DNA from: Candidatus Multivoradales bacterium
GTDB lineage: Bacteria; Acidobacteriota; Thermoanaerobaculia; Multivoradales; JAHEKO01
Assembly (NCBI GenBank): GCA_965223755.1
Contig: CBDCXF010000002.1
Location: 733,780 to 797,779, forward strand
DNA length: 64,000 nucleotides
Reading direction: 5' to 3'
Below the pieces are notes generated by a model that ran no database searches, was not told the DNA's origin, and saw only the letters and a list, made by a program, of their open reading frames with translations. The first letter of the stretch is position 1. Every line of letters starts with the position of its first letter. This document shows positions 20,008 through 29,849 of the stretch, piece after piece. Made by a program: the position numbers and the translations under genes.

Positions 20008-21915
20008 CTATCTTGGGACGGGCGCAATCCCGGTGCGGACGACTCCACTTTCCTCCAGTAGATCGCGAAATCGAGGGTCTTCGCTGATCGAGTCAAAGAG
20101 CGGACTCTTGATCAGGTGTGGAAAGTACTCCGATCGCTCGTCAACTGCCCGTGTGAGCCATTCGAACGCCTCGTCTGAGCGCCCCAGCGCGGCGTAAGCT
20201 TCGGCGATTTCAATGGCGGGAACCCAGCGGCCTTCGATCGAGGTCAGATGATCCAATCGCGCCGCCCAAAACCCTGCATCCCCCCGCGCTGCGATTTGCT
20301 GGTCGACAATACTCAAGGCCTCCACGCTCCACCCCCTTTTTTCAAGCCACGGACGGCGCTGTGCCAACGCGCCTGGAACGTCACCGAGCCTTCGGTACGC
20401 ATATGCCAGTTCGCGGTGCGGCCACGACAGTGCCGGGTCCATTTCGATCGCCTGTTCGAGCTTGAGAATGGCCTCTTGGTGGTCCCCCGCCGCATTGAGG
20501 CGCTGGCCCCAAACAGCCTGCATCAATGGAGACAATGGATCGAGCTCGACTGCCCTGCGAATCTGCGCCAGCGCCTCCTCATGGCGGCCCATAAAGCTGA
20601 GGCATTCGGCGTACCATTGGTGTGCACTGGCATAACCCGGCTGAAGATCGATGGCCCGAAGATAGGACTCCTCGGCCGCCGACCAATCCCAATCGCGATT
20701 GGTGCGAATCAGACCGCGGGTGGCGTGGGCCTCTGCAAGTTCAGGATCGAGTTCGAGAGCCCGCTGCACCAATTCATCCGCCTCTGGAAAGGCTTCTTGT
20801 GGGTGCATCATGGTGTAGTTAGCAAGCTGAATGATGGCGTCAGCAAGGCCAGCATAGGCGCGCGAAAAATTGGGGGCCAGCTCAATTGCGGATTCGAAAT
20901 GCTCTTTACTCTTAGGTAAATCTCTATCTCGTCGGTTCCAATAGAGCCGGCCTTTCAAGTACTCGCGATAGGCCTCGGCGTCCACCTCGTCGCGGTGGGC
21001 GAGCTGCGCCACACGGTCGAGGCTAAGTTGCCCTTGGATCTCGCGAGCAACAGCGTAGGAAATGTCTGACTGGAGTTCCAGAAGGTCCACGGCCTCCCTG
21101 TCGTAGCTTTGTGCCCACAGAAGTTCTCCGGTCTGCCCGGAGAGTAGATGGGCGATCACGCGCAGTTGCCCATCTGAATGTGAAACGGATCCTTTGAGTA
21201 CCGTCTTGACATCCACCTTCTGTGCGAACTCAGGAATCGCGCCCGCAGGTCCCTGATACCTTCTCGCGGAAGCCAACGAAATGACTTTCAACTCGGGAAT
21301 CTTGGCCAAGTCCGTGGTGAGCATGTCGGTGATGCCGGCAGCGAGATAGTCGTCGCTGCTGGAGGACAGGTTCTCAAACGGCAAAACGGCGATCGAAGAG
21401 TAGCCATCTGAGACCTCGACGGCACCAGGCCTGTTCATCGTCGCCAATATCGCCAACAGCGCGACTACTGCAGTAGCGGCTCCGCCAATTAGAAAGCGCA
21501 GTCGCCGGTCCTTCGTGGCGGCCCGCCGCGAGGGGGCATCTTCCTCTGGTTGAGTTGATTCAAGCCAGGTCACTGCCGCGACCAGACGGTATCCACGACT
21601 GTGAACCGTTTGGATGTAGTGAGGTGATTTTGGATCGTCCTCGAACAGGCGGCGCAACTGCGAGATCCCTTGGGTCAGCACCGCCTCGACCACGAAGCGA
21701 TCGTGCCAAACGTTGTCCAAGAACTCATCGCGCGAGACGGTTCTACCAGCATGATGGGCCAGGTAGACCAGCAACTCCATCACTCTGGGCTCTAGGTGGC
21801 GTGTATCGGCCCCTTTCCTGACCTCTAGTAACGAAGGGTCCACCTCCCAGTCGCCGACGCGGAAGGGGCCATCGTCGTCATTCCTCGGCTTCGAAGTTGG
21901 TGGGACTTCGTTCAT
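20008..21915 (-). CDS. CadC/ToxR-like membrane-anchored transcriptional activator: OmpR-type winged-helix DNA-binding domain, TM, TolB-N-like domain, TPR repeats
   Basis: N-terminus WEVDPSLLEVRKGADTRHLEPRVMELLVYLAHHAGRTVSRDEFLDNVWHDRFVVEAVLTQGISQLRRL (trans_reg_C). TM RFLIGGAATAVVALLAILATM. SIAVLPFENLS (TolB_N-like). Multiple TPR helices to C-terminus. 635 aa. Confidence 0.7.
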   Translation of the reverse strand: MNEVPPTSKPRNDDDGPFRVGDWEVDPSLLEVRKGADTRHLEPRVMELLVYLAHHAGRTVSRDEFLDNVWHDRFVVEAVLTQGISQLRRLFEDDPKSPHYIQTVHSRGYRLVAAVTWLESTQPEEDAPSRRAATKDRRLRFLIGGAATAVVALLAILATMNRPGAVEVSDGYSSIAVLPFENLSSSSDDYLAAGITDMLTTDLAKIPELKVISLASARRYQGPAGAIPEFAQKVDVKTVLKGSVSHSDGQLRVIAHLLSGQTGELLWAQSYDREAVDLLELQSDISYAVAREIQGQLSLDRVAQLAHRDEVDAEAYREYLKGRLYWNRRDRDLPKSKEHFESAIELAPNFSRAYAGLADAIIQLANYTMMHPQEAFPEADELVQRALELDPELAEAHATRGLIRTNRDWDWSAAEESYLRAIDLQPGYASAHQWYAECLSFMGRHEEALAQIRRAVELDPLSPLMQAVWGQRLNAAGDHQEAILKLEQAIEMDPALSWPHRELAYAYRRLGDVPGALAQRRPWLEKRGWSVEALSIVDQQIAARGDAGFWAARLDHLTSIEGRWVPAIEIAEAYAALGRSDEAFEWLTRAVDERSEYFPHLIKSPLFDSISEDPRFRDLLEESGVVRTGIAPVPR

Positions 21916-22149
21916 TTAAGTCTCAGCGCGGGCGACCCAGGCTACCGACAATAGGTGCAAAAAAAGAGCCGGAGATGAGGCCACCCGAACAAACACCTTT
22001 GATTTCCCTTATGCCATCTTTCTGTTTTCCGATAGCCAACGCATCAACATCGATCACAGTTTTCTGGAGCGATATCGAGCCGGTCATGCGACTCGCCCAT
22101 CAAACAAGGCGCATTATCACTGGATCATTTATCGAGAGAGGAGAAACAA

Positions 22150-22899
22150 ATGTCGGGAAAAAGGCACTATTGCACCGCCGTGAGAATATTCCTGCTAGGA
22201 CTATTGGTAGCGACGCCAAACCTATTCGCGCAAAACGTCTCCATTGGCAACGGAACCGTTGAAGTCTTCGATACGGATGGCGACTCCGCTGTGTTAATCG
22301 ACAACGGCGCCGATTACACCGCTGGTGGCGACGGACGCACGGCGTCGTTGACCCTAAGAGCTTCGGACGGACTCCCCACCCTCACCTACAACGCTTTTCT
22401 GGCGCAGTTGATTGTCGGCGGGGACTCCCACGAAGGAATCCTTCTGATAAAGGATGACGACTTCGTCACCACCATCGAACTCGATGGCCAGACCGGAGCC
22501 GTGCGCCTGGGGGGGCTAGGGAAAGACGGAGATGTCATCGTCTTCGATAACACTGCTGTGGAGACTTTTCGCATCAATGGCGCCAACGGAACCGCCACCA
22601 ACGACCAAAACGGCAATGGACTGGTAAAAGCTTGGGCTCGAGTCGGTAGCGACGGTACCGTCGAGAGTTGCTGGCGATGCAGCGACGCCAACCGTAGTGG
22701 GGCGGGTATCTACACCGTCTCGTTCAACATTGATGTGAGCGGGCGGCCGCGCACCGCCACCATTGACAGCCATGCGGGAGGTCCTCCCAGTACCGGCACG
22801 GTTCGGCTCGACAACGCTGGAACCTCAGGGATCGGTGTGCGCACGACGGACAACAGCTTTACCAATGCTGACCGACCTTTCACGGTGGTCGTCTACTAG
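22150..22899 (+). CDS. Hypothetical secreted protein (Gly/Asp/Thr-rich beta-rich fold)
   Basis: 249 aa, signal peptide. No recognisable catalytic motif. AT-richer promoter region upstream. Confidence 0.45.
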   Translation: MSGKRHYCTAVRIFLLGLLVATPNLFAQNVSIGNGTVEVFDTDGDSAVLIDNGADYTAGGDGRTASLTLRASDGLPTLTYNAFLAQLIVGGDSHEGILLIKDDDFVTTIELDGQTGAVRLGGLGKDGDVIVFDNTAVETFRINGANGTATNDQNGNGLVKAWARVGSDGTVESCWRCSDANRSGAGIYTVSFNIDVSGRPRTATIDSHAGGPPSTGTVRLDNAGTSGIGVRTTDNSFTNADRPFTVVVY

Positions 22900-22901
22900 A
22901 G

Positions 22902-23813
22902 ATGGGCATGAGAACGTACGCGGTTCTATTTATTTGCTCATTCCTCGCAACCACGGCACAAGCGGGTGAAAGGCCACTCTCCCTCGATCCAGACGATCTG
23001 CAGGTGGCCGAACTGGAGCGACTCGACCAAGCGATCCTGTTGTACGCCTCACCGGATGCCTCCGACAGATTGGCTGCAGTTCAGCAGTTCGCCCACCAGG
23101 CCGGAGGACGAGCAGAGCTGGAGCGGCACCTGGAGCGACTTTTGCTCAAAGCGACTGCCGATTCCGATTCCGAAGTCGCATGGTTGGCAACGCAGACACT
23201 CAAACGGCGGCGGCGTCCGCTCGAAGCCGAACCACCATCAGATCGTGAACTCAGTCAAGGGACCCAGCAGCAGCGAGTGAGGTGGGCCAGAGAGGCTTTA
23301 TCCAGACCGGCAAGTGTCCCTGGGTCGAAATCAGATCGCCTGGCGGCAGCTCACGTGCTGATATATCAACTACTAAAAGGTTCAAATGATGACGTTGGGG
23401 CGGCTTGGCTGCTGGCGGATGTGCGCCATGGCCCCAACCGTGAGATTGCGCATTTAGTCGAAACAGCGTTGTCCCGATACGAAGGTCGAGGAGTCGACCC
23501 CAGGTTCGCGCTGGCTCTTGTTCCTTCTCAAGAAGGGCCCAACGAGAGGTCGGCCCGAGACCTTAGGGCCGAAGCGATCTACGCCACATTGGAGGACCCT
23601 AATCCTACGGTGCGCCTGACCGGCCTGCATTGGGTGTTGGACGTCGCCTTGGACGAAGGAACCGACTCCGACCCTCGCATACGACAGGCCTTCGACACCC
23701 ATCGCGAAGATCCAGACCTGCAGGTCGGCAGCTTCGTACAGTTTGCCATCGCAGGACTCGACGGCAACGAAGATTCTCTGCGCCAGGTTCTTGTCGGGCA
23801 GGTTGCACGCTAG
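22902..23813 (+). CDS. Hypothetical secreted alpha-helical (HEAT/ARM-like) protein
   Basis: 303 aa, signal peptide MGMRTYAVLFICSFLATTAQA, Leu/Ala/Arg-rich repeats. Starts 3 nt after previous gene. Confidence 0.45.
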   Translation: MGMRTYAVLFICSFLATTAQAGERPLSLDPDDLQVAELERLDQAILLYASPDASDRLAAVQQFAHQAGGRAELERHLERLLLKATADSDSEVAWLATQTLKRRRRPLEAEPPSDRELSQGTQQQRVRWAREALSRPASVPGSKSDRLAAAHVLIYQLLKGSNDDVGAAWLLADVRHGPNREIAHLVETALSRYEGRGVDPRFALALVPSQEGPNERSARDLRAEAIYATLEDPNPTVRLTGLHWVLDVALDEGTDSDPRIRQAFDTHREDPDLQVGSFVQFAIAGLDGNEDSLRQVLVGQVAR

Positions 23814-23843
23814 CGAAGCAAAGGCGATTCACAACCGCGAGAG

Positions 23844-24236
23844 CTATGACCTACCCTCAAAAAACCGTCGCAGACTGACGATTTGCATTTCCAGTCGCTT
23901 GATCTCGCGCGTCAACGCGTGGCGCTGGAACTCCATCCACGACCAGATCTTCATGCCAAACACAGCGCCCAGACTGAAGAAGAATGCTACGACCCAAAGG
24001 ACCAGTTCGCGTGTACCTTCGACAACGATGATCTTGTGCACGCTCCACGCTCCCAGCGCCATGAAGGCGATCCCAATCAAGATTGAAGCGCGGTTGAGCC
24101 GCCGCATGCGGCCGCCAAAGACCTCGGTCACCATCTGTCGCACCGACGGCTCACCCAAGGCGTCGTAGAACGCCGCTTCTTCCTCGTTCATCGCTTCGCG
24201 AATGAGCCGATCGATGTCTTGTTTGTCGTTTCGCAT
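23844..24236 (-). CDS. Putative anti-sigma factor (single-TM protein cotranscribed downstream of ECF sigma)
   Basis: 130 aa, cytoplasmic N-terminus, two hydrophobic segments (ILIGIAFMALGAWSV; LVLWVVAFFFSLGAVFGM). Overlaps 3' end of sigma gene. Start may be later ATG. Confidence 0.4.
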   Translation of the reverse strand: MRNDKQDIDRLIREAMNEEEAAFYDALGEPSVRQMVTEVFGGRMRRLNRASILIGIAFMALGAWSVHKIIVVEGTRELVLWVVAFFFSLGAVFGMKIWSWMEFQRHALTREIKRLEMQIVSLRRFFEGRS

Positions 24237-24771
24237 TTGAGTCCTCCAGAGACTGTTTGAGCTGGCGGCGGGCGTGGAAGAGACGAGATTTCACCGTTCC
24301 CTCGGCGACGCCCAACAGTTCAGCGATCTCGCGCACTGAGTTTTCCTCCAAGTAAAACAACTCGATGACGCGTCGTTGTTCGTTCGGTAGACGCGCAATA
24401 GCCGCGCGCAGGACGCCTAAGTCTTCGCGACCACTTTGGGTCGGTGGTTGAGCAATTTCCGGCTCGGCGTCCGTTTCCTGACCACGGATGTGCTGGCGAC
24501 GTTGAATCCAATCGGCCGCCTTGTGCTGGACGATTCGATAGGACCAACTACCAAACCGTGCTGGATCTTGCAGTCTGCTGAGCCCTTTGACGATGGCTAA
24601 CCAGGCTTCTTGCGCCACTTCCTGCGCGCCGTCTCTTTCGCCCACCAGAGACATCGCGCGGTAGAGCAGACGTTGATGCCAGCGGCGAGCCAGGTGCTCG
24701 AGGGCGCGCTGATTGCGCGCCTGACACTCCAGCACTAGGAACTCATCGAGAATTTTGGGTCCGCCACGCAC
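24151..24771 (-). CDS. ECF-type RNA polymerase sigma-70 factor
   Basis: Region 2 (AQEVAQEAWLAIVKGLSRLQDPARFGSWSYRIVQHKAADWIQRR) and region 4 HTH (LPNEQRRVIELFYLEENSVREIAELLGVAEGTVKSRLFHARRQLKQ). Confidence 0.8.
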   Translation of the reverse strand: MRGGPKILDEFLVLECQARNQRALEHLARRWHQRLLYRAMSLVGERDGAQEVAQEAWLAIVKGLSRLQDPARFGSWSYRIVQHKAADWIQRRQHIRGQETDAEPEIAQPPTQSGREDLGVLRAAIARLPNEQRRVIELFYLEENSVREIAELLGVAEGTVKSRLFHARRQLKQSLEDSNAKRQTRHRSAHSRSDERGRSGVLRRLG

Positions 24772-24929
24772 GACTGTCCTCGACTATAAGGTCGCCGTTG
24801 ACGAGTTTCGGTTCAATCTGGATCCAACTCGGCGCTACTTTCGTCCAGTGCCCGGCGAGTCTCTTAGGCGATCTGGCCCTTCGGGGTATAGTCGCATGGG
24901 CTCATTTGCTGTTGGAGGGATCCGCGAAC

Positions 24930-27900
24930 ATGCGCATCGTGAATTGTTGGTCGCTTAGTCGTCGCAGGGTTTCTCTGTGTTCTGCTGTCGTGCTCTCTTT
25001 TTCGCTCGCCGGAACAACACAGGCTCAGCCCACTCTTTCCAAGAGTTTCAATCCCACGACCATCGGCCCCGGATCGGTCGCCACCGCAACTTTCACCATC
25101 ACCAACGGTGGAGGCTCGCCGGTCTCCGAGATTGGTTTCATTGACAACCTGCCTGTTGTTCCCGGCCCATTGGTGATCGCCGACCCCGCCAACGCCTCGA
25201 CCACCTGCTCGTTTCGCGCTGGAGGAAGCCTGGTGGCTCCGGACGGAGGGTCCACGATCTCACTCAGCGGCGTCGAACTCGGGGCGGACCAGGCCTGCGT
25301 GGTCTCGGTGGATGTCACAGCCGCCACCCAGGGTATCCACACCAATCCTGCGATCACCTTGAACTCGAGCGCGGGAAGCAGCATGAGCCAGCCCACCGAC
25401 TTGACCGTAGCCACGAATCTCCCCGGCTTTTCGAAGAGTTTCGCTCCCAGCTCGATCGCTCGCGGGGACCGCAGCACCTTGACCTTTACCATCGACAATA
25501 GCCTCAATGCTTCACGGGTCGGCAACTTGGACTTTGTCGACAATCTGCCCGCTGGGGTCGTCGTCGCCGATCCCAACAACGCGTTCACCGACTGTGTCAG
25601 TGCCGGCGCCCCCAACTCGACGGTGACGGCGGTCCCTGGAACCGGCACCGTCGTACTGGACGCTAACGGCAGCACCTTCGTAGGATTCGAAGTCCTTGCT
25701 GTGGGAGCCGTCTGCACGGTCACAGTTGACGTGATCGGCAATGGCGTTGGGGACCTCGACAACGTCACCGATCAACTGCTCGTAGACTTCACAGCGGCCG
25801 GCAAAGCCAGCGACACCCTCGAAGTCACGGTGACGGCGTTGGCTCTCGACAAAGATTTTGCCGACGATCCGGTCGCCCCAGGTGACACGGTGACCCTCGA
25901 GTTCCAGGTTCACAACTTGGATCGCAATGAGGCGGCGACCGGTGTCGCCTTCAACGACGACCTCAGCAGTCTAGTGCCCGCTTTGCCTGGGCTCACCTTT
26001 AGCTCTCTGCTCTCGAATACCTGCGGCGGCTCGGTGACCGGTGTTGGCGGCACCTCCATCGGGTTCACCGGTGGCGCGCTGCCGGCTCAAGGATCGTGTT
26101 CGATTCAAGTCTCCCTCGCGGTACCCGCCGGGGCGGTCCCCGGCACCTACTCCAATACCACCAGCGCGATCACCGGCGACATCGGCGGATCGCCGACGGT
26201 CGGCAACATGGCTGCGGATGACCTTTTCGTCGAGCCGACGCCGGTCTTGACCAAAGAATTTCTCGCCACCGGCACCTTCGCTCCCGACCCGGTCGTGGTG
26301 CCGGGCGATGATGTGGTCCTGCGATTCACGATCACCAACGTCAGCACGACTTCCGGGGCAACCGACATCGCCTTTGGCGACGAACTGACCGACGGCGGCC
26401 CCGGCACCGGCTTTCTCCCCTTTCCAGTCACTATTTCGCTCCCACCGGTTCCGGATCCGCCCTGTGGCAATGGATCTTCTCTATCTTTGGTCAGTTTCGG
26501 CACCGATCGCCAAGGACTAATGTTGTCGGCAGGCAATTTGGCCGCCTCCCCGGGACCTGGTGATTCCTGCTCGTTCGATGTCACCCTATCCATTCCCTCC
26601 GATCTCACTCCTGGCGTCTATACCAATACAACCGAGGAAATCACCGCCACCGTCGACGGCGCTCAGCGCACCGGAGCCCCAGCGAGCGACACTTTGACCG
26701 TGGTCGCGGCGCCGAAGCTGACCAAGTCTTTCGTTGACGACCCCGTGGCACCCGGACAGACGGTAACTCTCGCCTTCAGCCTCACTCATTCCGCCAACTC
26801 GCCGGACTCTGCAACCGCGATCACCTTCACCGACGATCTGACGACGGTGCTGGCGGGAATGACCGCCAACCCACCGTCCAATCCCGATCCACCCTGTGGC
26901 GCTGGCTCCTCCTTGGTCGCCTCGGCCGGAAACACTTTGCTCACTCTGATGGATGGCGTACTGGCACCCGGTGAGAACTGCGCTTTCAGCATCACCCTCA
27001 ACGTGCCGATATCGGCTGTCGCCGGCACCTACTCCAATACCACCAGTGGAGTCCTCGCAACCGTCGCCGGTGAAGCGCGCGCTTCGCAACCGGCAAGCGA
27101 TGACCTCACCGTCTCCGGACTGACCTTTGCCAAGGAGTTCCTTGGCGACCCCTCTCTCCCCGGCGAAACAGTGACCCTACGCTTCGTCATCGACAATACG
27201 GCGTCTACCGACAATGCAACCGACATCGCCTTTACCGATGACCTCGCCGCCGTGTTGCCTGGCACCCCGGATCTCACCAGCACCGGTGCACCATCGGTGA
27301 ATACGTGTGGGGGGACACCGGGCGGATCGAGTACCTTTCTCATTTACAGCGGCGGCTCGCTGCTGGCCGGCCAAATGTGCACCATCGAATACGAAATTCT
27401 GATTCCCGCTGGGGCGGACGATGGCACCTTCAACAACACAACCAACACCATGACTGCGACGCAGGGCGGCGTCACCGTTCTCGTCGACCCCGCGACCGAT
27501 CTGTTGACCATCGATTCTGACCTGCTGTCCCTCTCCAAGGCCTTCATCGACGACCCGGTGGCCCCCGGTGACACCGTCACACTTGAGTTCACGCTCGCCA
27601 ACCTCGACGCCAGCAACGCGGCGACGGCGGTGGCGTTCACCGACGACCTCAACGCCGCATTGACCGGTCTGACGTTCGACGGTCTCGCGTTCAATGACTG
27701 TGGCGGCAGCGTCGGCGGCATCGCGACCCAGACCGTTTCGGTATCCGGGGTCACCATCGCCGCCGGGGCCTCATGCACGATTCGCGTCTTGCTGTCGGTT
27801 CCCGCCAACGCCGCCGCCGGCCTGTACACCAACACCACCAGCGACGTCACCGGCACGATCGGTGGGTTCGCCGTCTCCGGAAGTCCCGCCTCCGATGATC

Positions 27901-28910
27901 TGGAGGTCTTGAACTTGCTCTTGTTCAGCAAGTCTTTCGTAGCGACCAACACCAACAATGGCTATCCGTTGTTGAACTTCACCATCACCAACCCGGGACC
28001 CAATCCCGTCGCCGACCTTGCTTTTTCCGATGACCTCTCCGCCGTGTTTGCCAGCCTGACCGCAGTCGGGTTGCCGCTGAACGACATCTGCGGCGCTGGG
28101 TCGCAGATCGCGGGAACGCCCTTCCTGACCTTCACCGGTGGCAACCTGCCGCCCAGCGGAGGTACTTGTTCGTTTGACGTTCCGCTGGCAGTACAGGGTG
28201 CGGTGCCGGCAGGGAACTTCACCAACACCACCAGCGACCTGTTGCAGGCCGGATTGAAGGTCGCCGATCCCGCTACCGACAGCCTCACAGTGCAACCGCC
28301 CGCTTTCAGCAAAATATTTGTACCCGACAACGTTGTCCTCGGCGGCGTGAGCACCTTGACCTTCACCATTGACAATGTGAACTCGGTGTTTGCCGCTGAC
28401 AATCTCAGTTTCGTTGACAACCTCCCGTCGGGCACGCGCGTGGCCTCTCCGGCCAATGCCTCGACCACTTGCACGGGTGGAACGCTGACCGCATCGCCCG
28501 GCAGCACCGCGGTCAGTTACGCCGGCGGCACGGTGGCCGCGGGAGCGAGCTGTGAAGTCGAGGTCGACATTGTGGCCAACAGTCTCGGCATCCGCATCAA
28601 CACCACCGACATCCTGATGTCCTCGCTCGGAATGAGCGCCGCTGCCACCGATCTGCTGTTCGTGTCTGGACCGGGCCCGTGCTTTGCCAACGACGGCGAG
28701 TTCCTGCAGCTCCAAAACGGAGCCGTCACCGACAACCAAGCCTACGAAGTGTGCAACACCATCCTGGTGGCGCCCGACTTCGTCGTCTTCGGCTCCGGTG
28801 GCTCTCTGAATCTGACCGCAGGCCTCGCAGTGGTGTTTCAGAACGGCTTCGAAATCCTGCCCGGCGGCGAACTCTCGGTGAGTCTTGACGCAGGCCTGCT
28901 CAACGACTGA
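24930..28910 (+). CDS. Giant secreted repeat protein made of ~12 DUF11 ('conserved repeat domain') modules, probable surface/adhesin protein
   Basis: Start at internal ATG 24930 (ggaggg RBS; MRIVNCWSLSRRRVSLCSAVVLSFSLAGTTQA signal peptide). Recurrent ~110-aa modules of type LxKxFxDDPVAPGDTVTLEF(T/Q)xxN...ATxVAFTDDL...CGG...C. 1,326 aa. Confidence 0.75.
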   Translation: MRIVNCWSLSRRRVSLCSAVVLSFSLAGTTQAQPTLSKSFNPTTIGPGSVATATFTITNGGGSPVSEIGFIDNLPVVPGPLVIADPANASTTCSFRAGGSLVAPDGGSTISLSGVELGADQACVVSVDVTAATQGIHTNPAITLNSSAGSSMSQPTDLTVATNLPGFSKSFAPSSIARGDRSTLTFTIDNSLNASRVGNLDFVDNLPAGVVVADPNNAFTDCVSAGAPNSTVTAVPGTGTVVLDANGSTFVGFEVLAVGAVCTVTVDVIGNGVGDLDNVTDQLLVDFTAAGKASDTLEVTVTALALDKDFADDPVAPGDTVTLEFQVHNLDRNEAATGVAFNDDLSSLVPALPGLTFSSLLSNTCGGSVTGVGGTSIGFTGGALPAQGSCSIQVSLAVPAGAVPGTYSNTTSAITGDIGGSPTVGNMAADDLFVEPTPVLTKEFLATGTFAPDPVVVPGDDVVLRFTITNVSTTSGATDIAFGDELTDGGPGTGFLPFPVTISLPPVPDPPCGNGSSLSLVSFGTDRQGLMLSAGNLAASPGPGDSCSFDVTLSIPSDLTPGVYTNTTEEITATVDGAQRTGAPASDTLTVVAAPKLTKSFVDDPVAPGQTVTLAFSLTHSANSPDSATAITFTDDLTTVLAGMTANPPSNPDPPCGAGSSLVASAGNTLLTLMDGVLAPGENCAFSITLNVPISAVAGTYSNTTSGVLATVAGEARASQPASDDLTVSGLTFAKEFLGDPSLPGETVTLRFVIDNTASTDNATDIAFTDDLAAVLPGTPDLTSTGAPSVNTCGGTPGGSSTFLIYSGGSLLAGQMCTIEYEILIPAGADDGTFNNTTNTMTATQGGVTVLVDPATDLLTIDSDLLSLSKAFIDDPVAPGDTVTLEFTLANLDASNAATAVAFTDDLNAALTGLTFDGLAFNDCGGSVGGIATQTVSVSGVTIAAGASCTIRVLLSVPANAAAGLYTNTTSDVTGTIGGFAVSGSPASDDLEVLNLLLFSKSFVATNTNNGYPLLNFTITNPGPNPVADLAFSDDLSAVFASLTAVGLPLNDICGAGSQIAGTPFLTFTGGNLPPSGGTCSFDVPLAVQGAVPAGNFTNTTSDLLQAGLKVADPATDSLTVQPPAFSKIFVPDNVVLGGVSTLTFTIDNVNSVFAADNLSFVDNLPSGTRVASPANASTTCTGGTLTASPGSTAVSYAGGTVAAGASCEVEVDIVANSLGIRINTTDILMSSLGMSAAATDLLFVSGPGPCFANDGEFLQLQNGAVTDNQAYEVCNTILVAPDFVVFGSGGSLNLTAGLAVVFQNGFEILPGGELSVSLDAGLLND

Positions 28911-28913
28911 GCG

Positions 28914-29471
28914 CTACTCGGAATCCGAAACCCGCGTCAGGTTCATGCTGAAAAACTGCACCCAGTTCTCGCCATCGGCGCTGAACTCCCCGATTTCGAC
29001 CCAAGTGTCCTCAGTAAAGGTCGCGGTGTAGCGAGCCCGTCCGCGCGGCGCCGCGAAGCTCCAAACGAGTTGGTTTTCGGTGATTTCGACGTCGGCGTCG
29101 GTTTCACGGGCCGGCGTGAACGCCTTCATGCGGTATTGGTCTAGGCCAGAGTCGTACCAGATGAGACCGATGGCCTGGTGGGTTGTTTCGACCTCGCCGT
29201 TCTCGAGTTCGCGAGTGCCCAGTCCTTCGAGGTAGAGGACCGTTCCGTCCAACCGCGTTTCAACCTTCTCGAAGACGCGGCTGCCCTCGGTCTCCGGCCC
29301 GCGGCGAATCTCTCCCTCTCCCTCCCAGGTTCCAACCATGAAGGAAAGCGCGGCGATGGCTTCCTGGTGCTCCGCCAGATCGGGCTGCGCCAAGACAGGT
29401 GCCACGAAAAAAACTGGTGCCGCAAAAAAAACCAGAACGAACGCCAGATAGCAACTTTTTGCATACTTCAT
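28914..29471 (-). CDS. Hypothetical periplasmic protein (lipocalin/DUF1579-like beta-barrel suggested)
   Basis: 185 aa with signal peptide. Tightly convergent (3-nt gap) with DUF11 gene. Confidence 0.45.
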   Translation of the reverse strand: MKYAKSCYLAFVLVFFAAPVFFVAPVLAQPDLAEHQEAIAALSFMVGTWEGEGEIRRGPETEGSRVFEKVETRLDGTVLYLEGLGTRELENGEVETTHQAIGLIWYDSGLDQYRMKAFTPARETDADVEITENQLVWSFAAPRGRARYTATFTEDTWVEIGEFSADGENWVQFFSMNLTRVSDSE

Positions 29472-29509
29472 TGTTCACTCTCCTTAGGAGTTTTCGAGTT
29501 GTTCAATTT

Positions 29510-29770
29510 CTATTTTCCTTCCACTGTCCCATTGACTCCGTCGCCGGAAACAAGAGCGGTGAGTGCTGTGAGGTGTTTTTCGAGTCTCTCTTGGCCGCCG
29601 GACGTCAATCGATACCAGCTCAGCGGTCGGCGACCGGAAAAAGCCTTGCGCACAGTGATGTACTTGGCTTCTTCCAGCTTGCGCAGGTGGGTTCCCATGG
29701 CACCGTCAGTTTCCTCGAGCAAGTCGCGCAGACGAGAGAAGGTCATTTCGTCGCTGCGCGCCAACAGCAC
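29510..29770 (-). CDS. Small winged-helix (HTH_34/PadR-like) transcriptional regulator
   Basis: C-terminal 86 aa (VLLARSDEMTFSRLRDLLEETDGAMGTHLRKLEEAKYITVRKAFSGRRPLSWYRLTSGGQERLEKHLTAL...) match short wHTH regulators. GTG at 29770 chosen because the longer ORF (to 29980) would overlap the upstream membrane-protein gene by 130 nt. Start uncertain. Confidence 0.45.
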   Translation of the reverse strand: MLLARSDEMTFSRLRDLLEETDGAMGTHLRKLEEAKYITVRKAFSGRRPLSWYRLTSGGQERLEKHLTALTALVSGDGVNGTVEGK

Positions 29771-29849
29771 ACAGGCACCCAATCGAGTCCGATGCTCGAG
29801 AAGGCGGTCGAAACCTTCCAGGTGTCGCCAGAGGGATTCGGCGGTTGCC

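Noticed and set aside
25025-28739. Antisense ORFs inside the DUF11 giant gene (25025..25768, 26147..26608, 26586..27089, 27344..27958, 27771..28739, 27962..28507)
   Set aside because: High-GC antisense frames of a repetitive gene. The sense frame has clear DUF11 module periodicity and a signal peptide.
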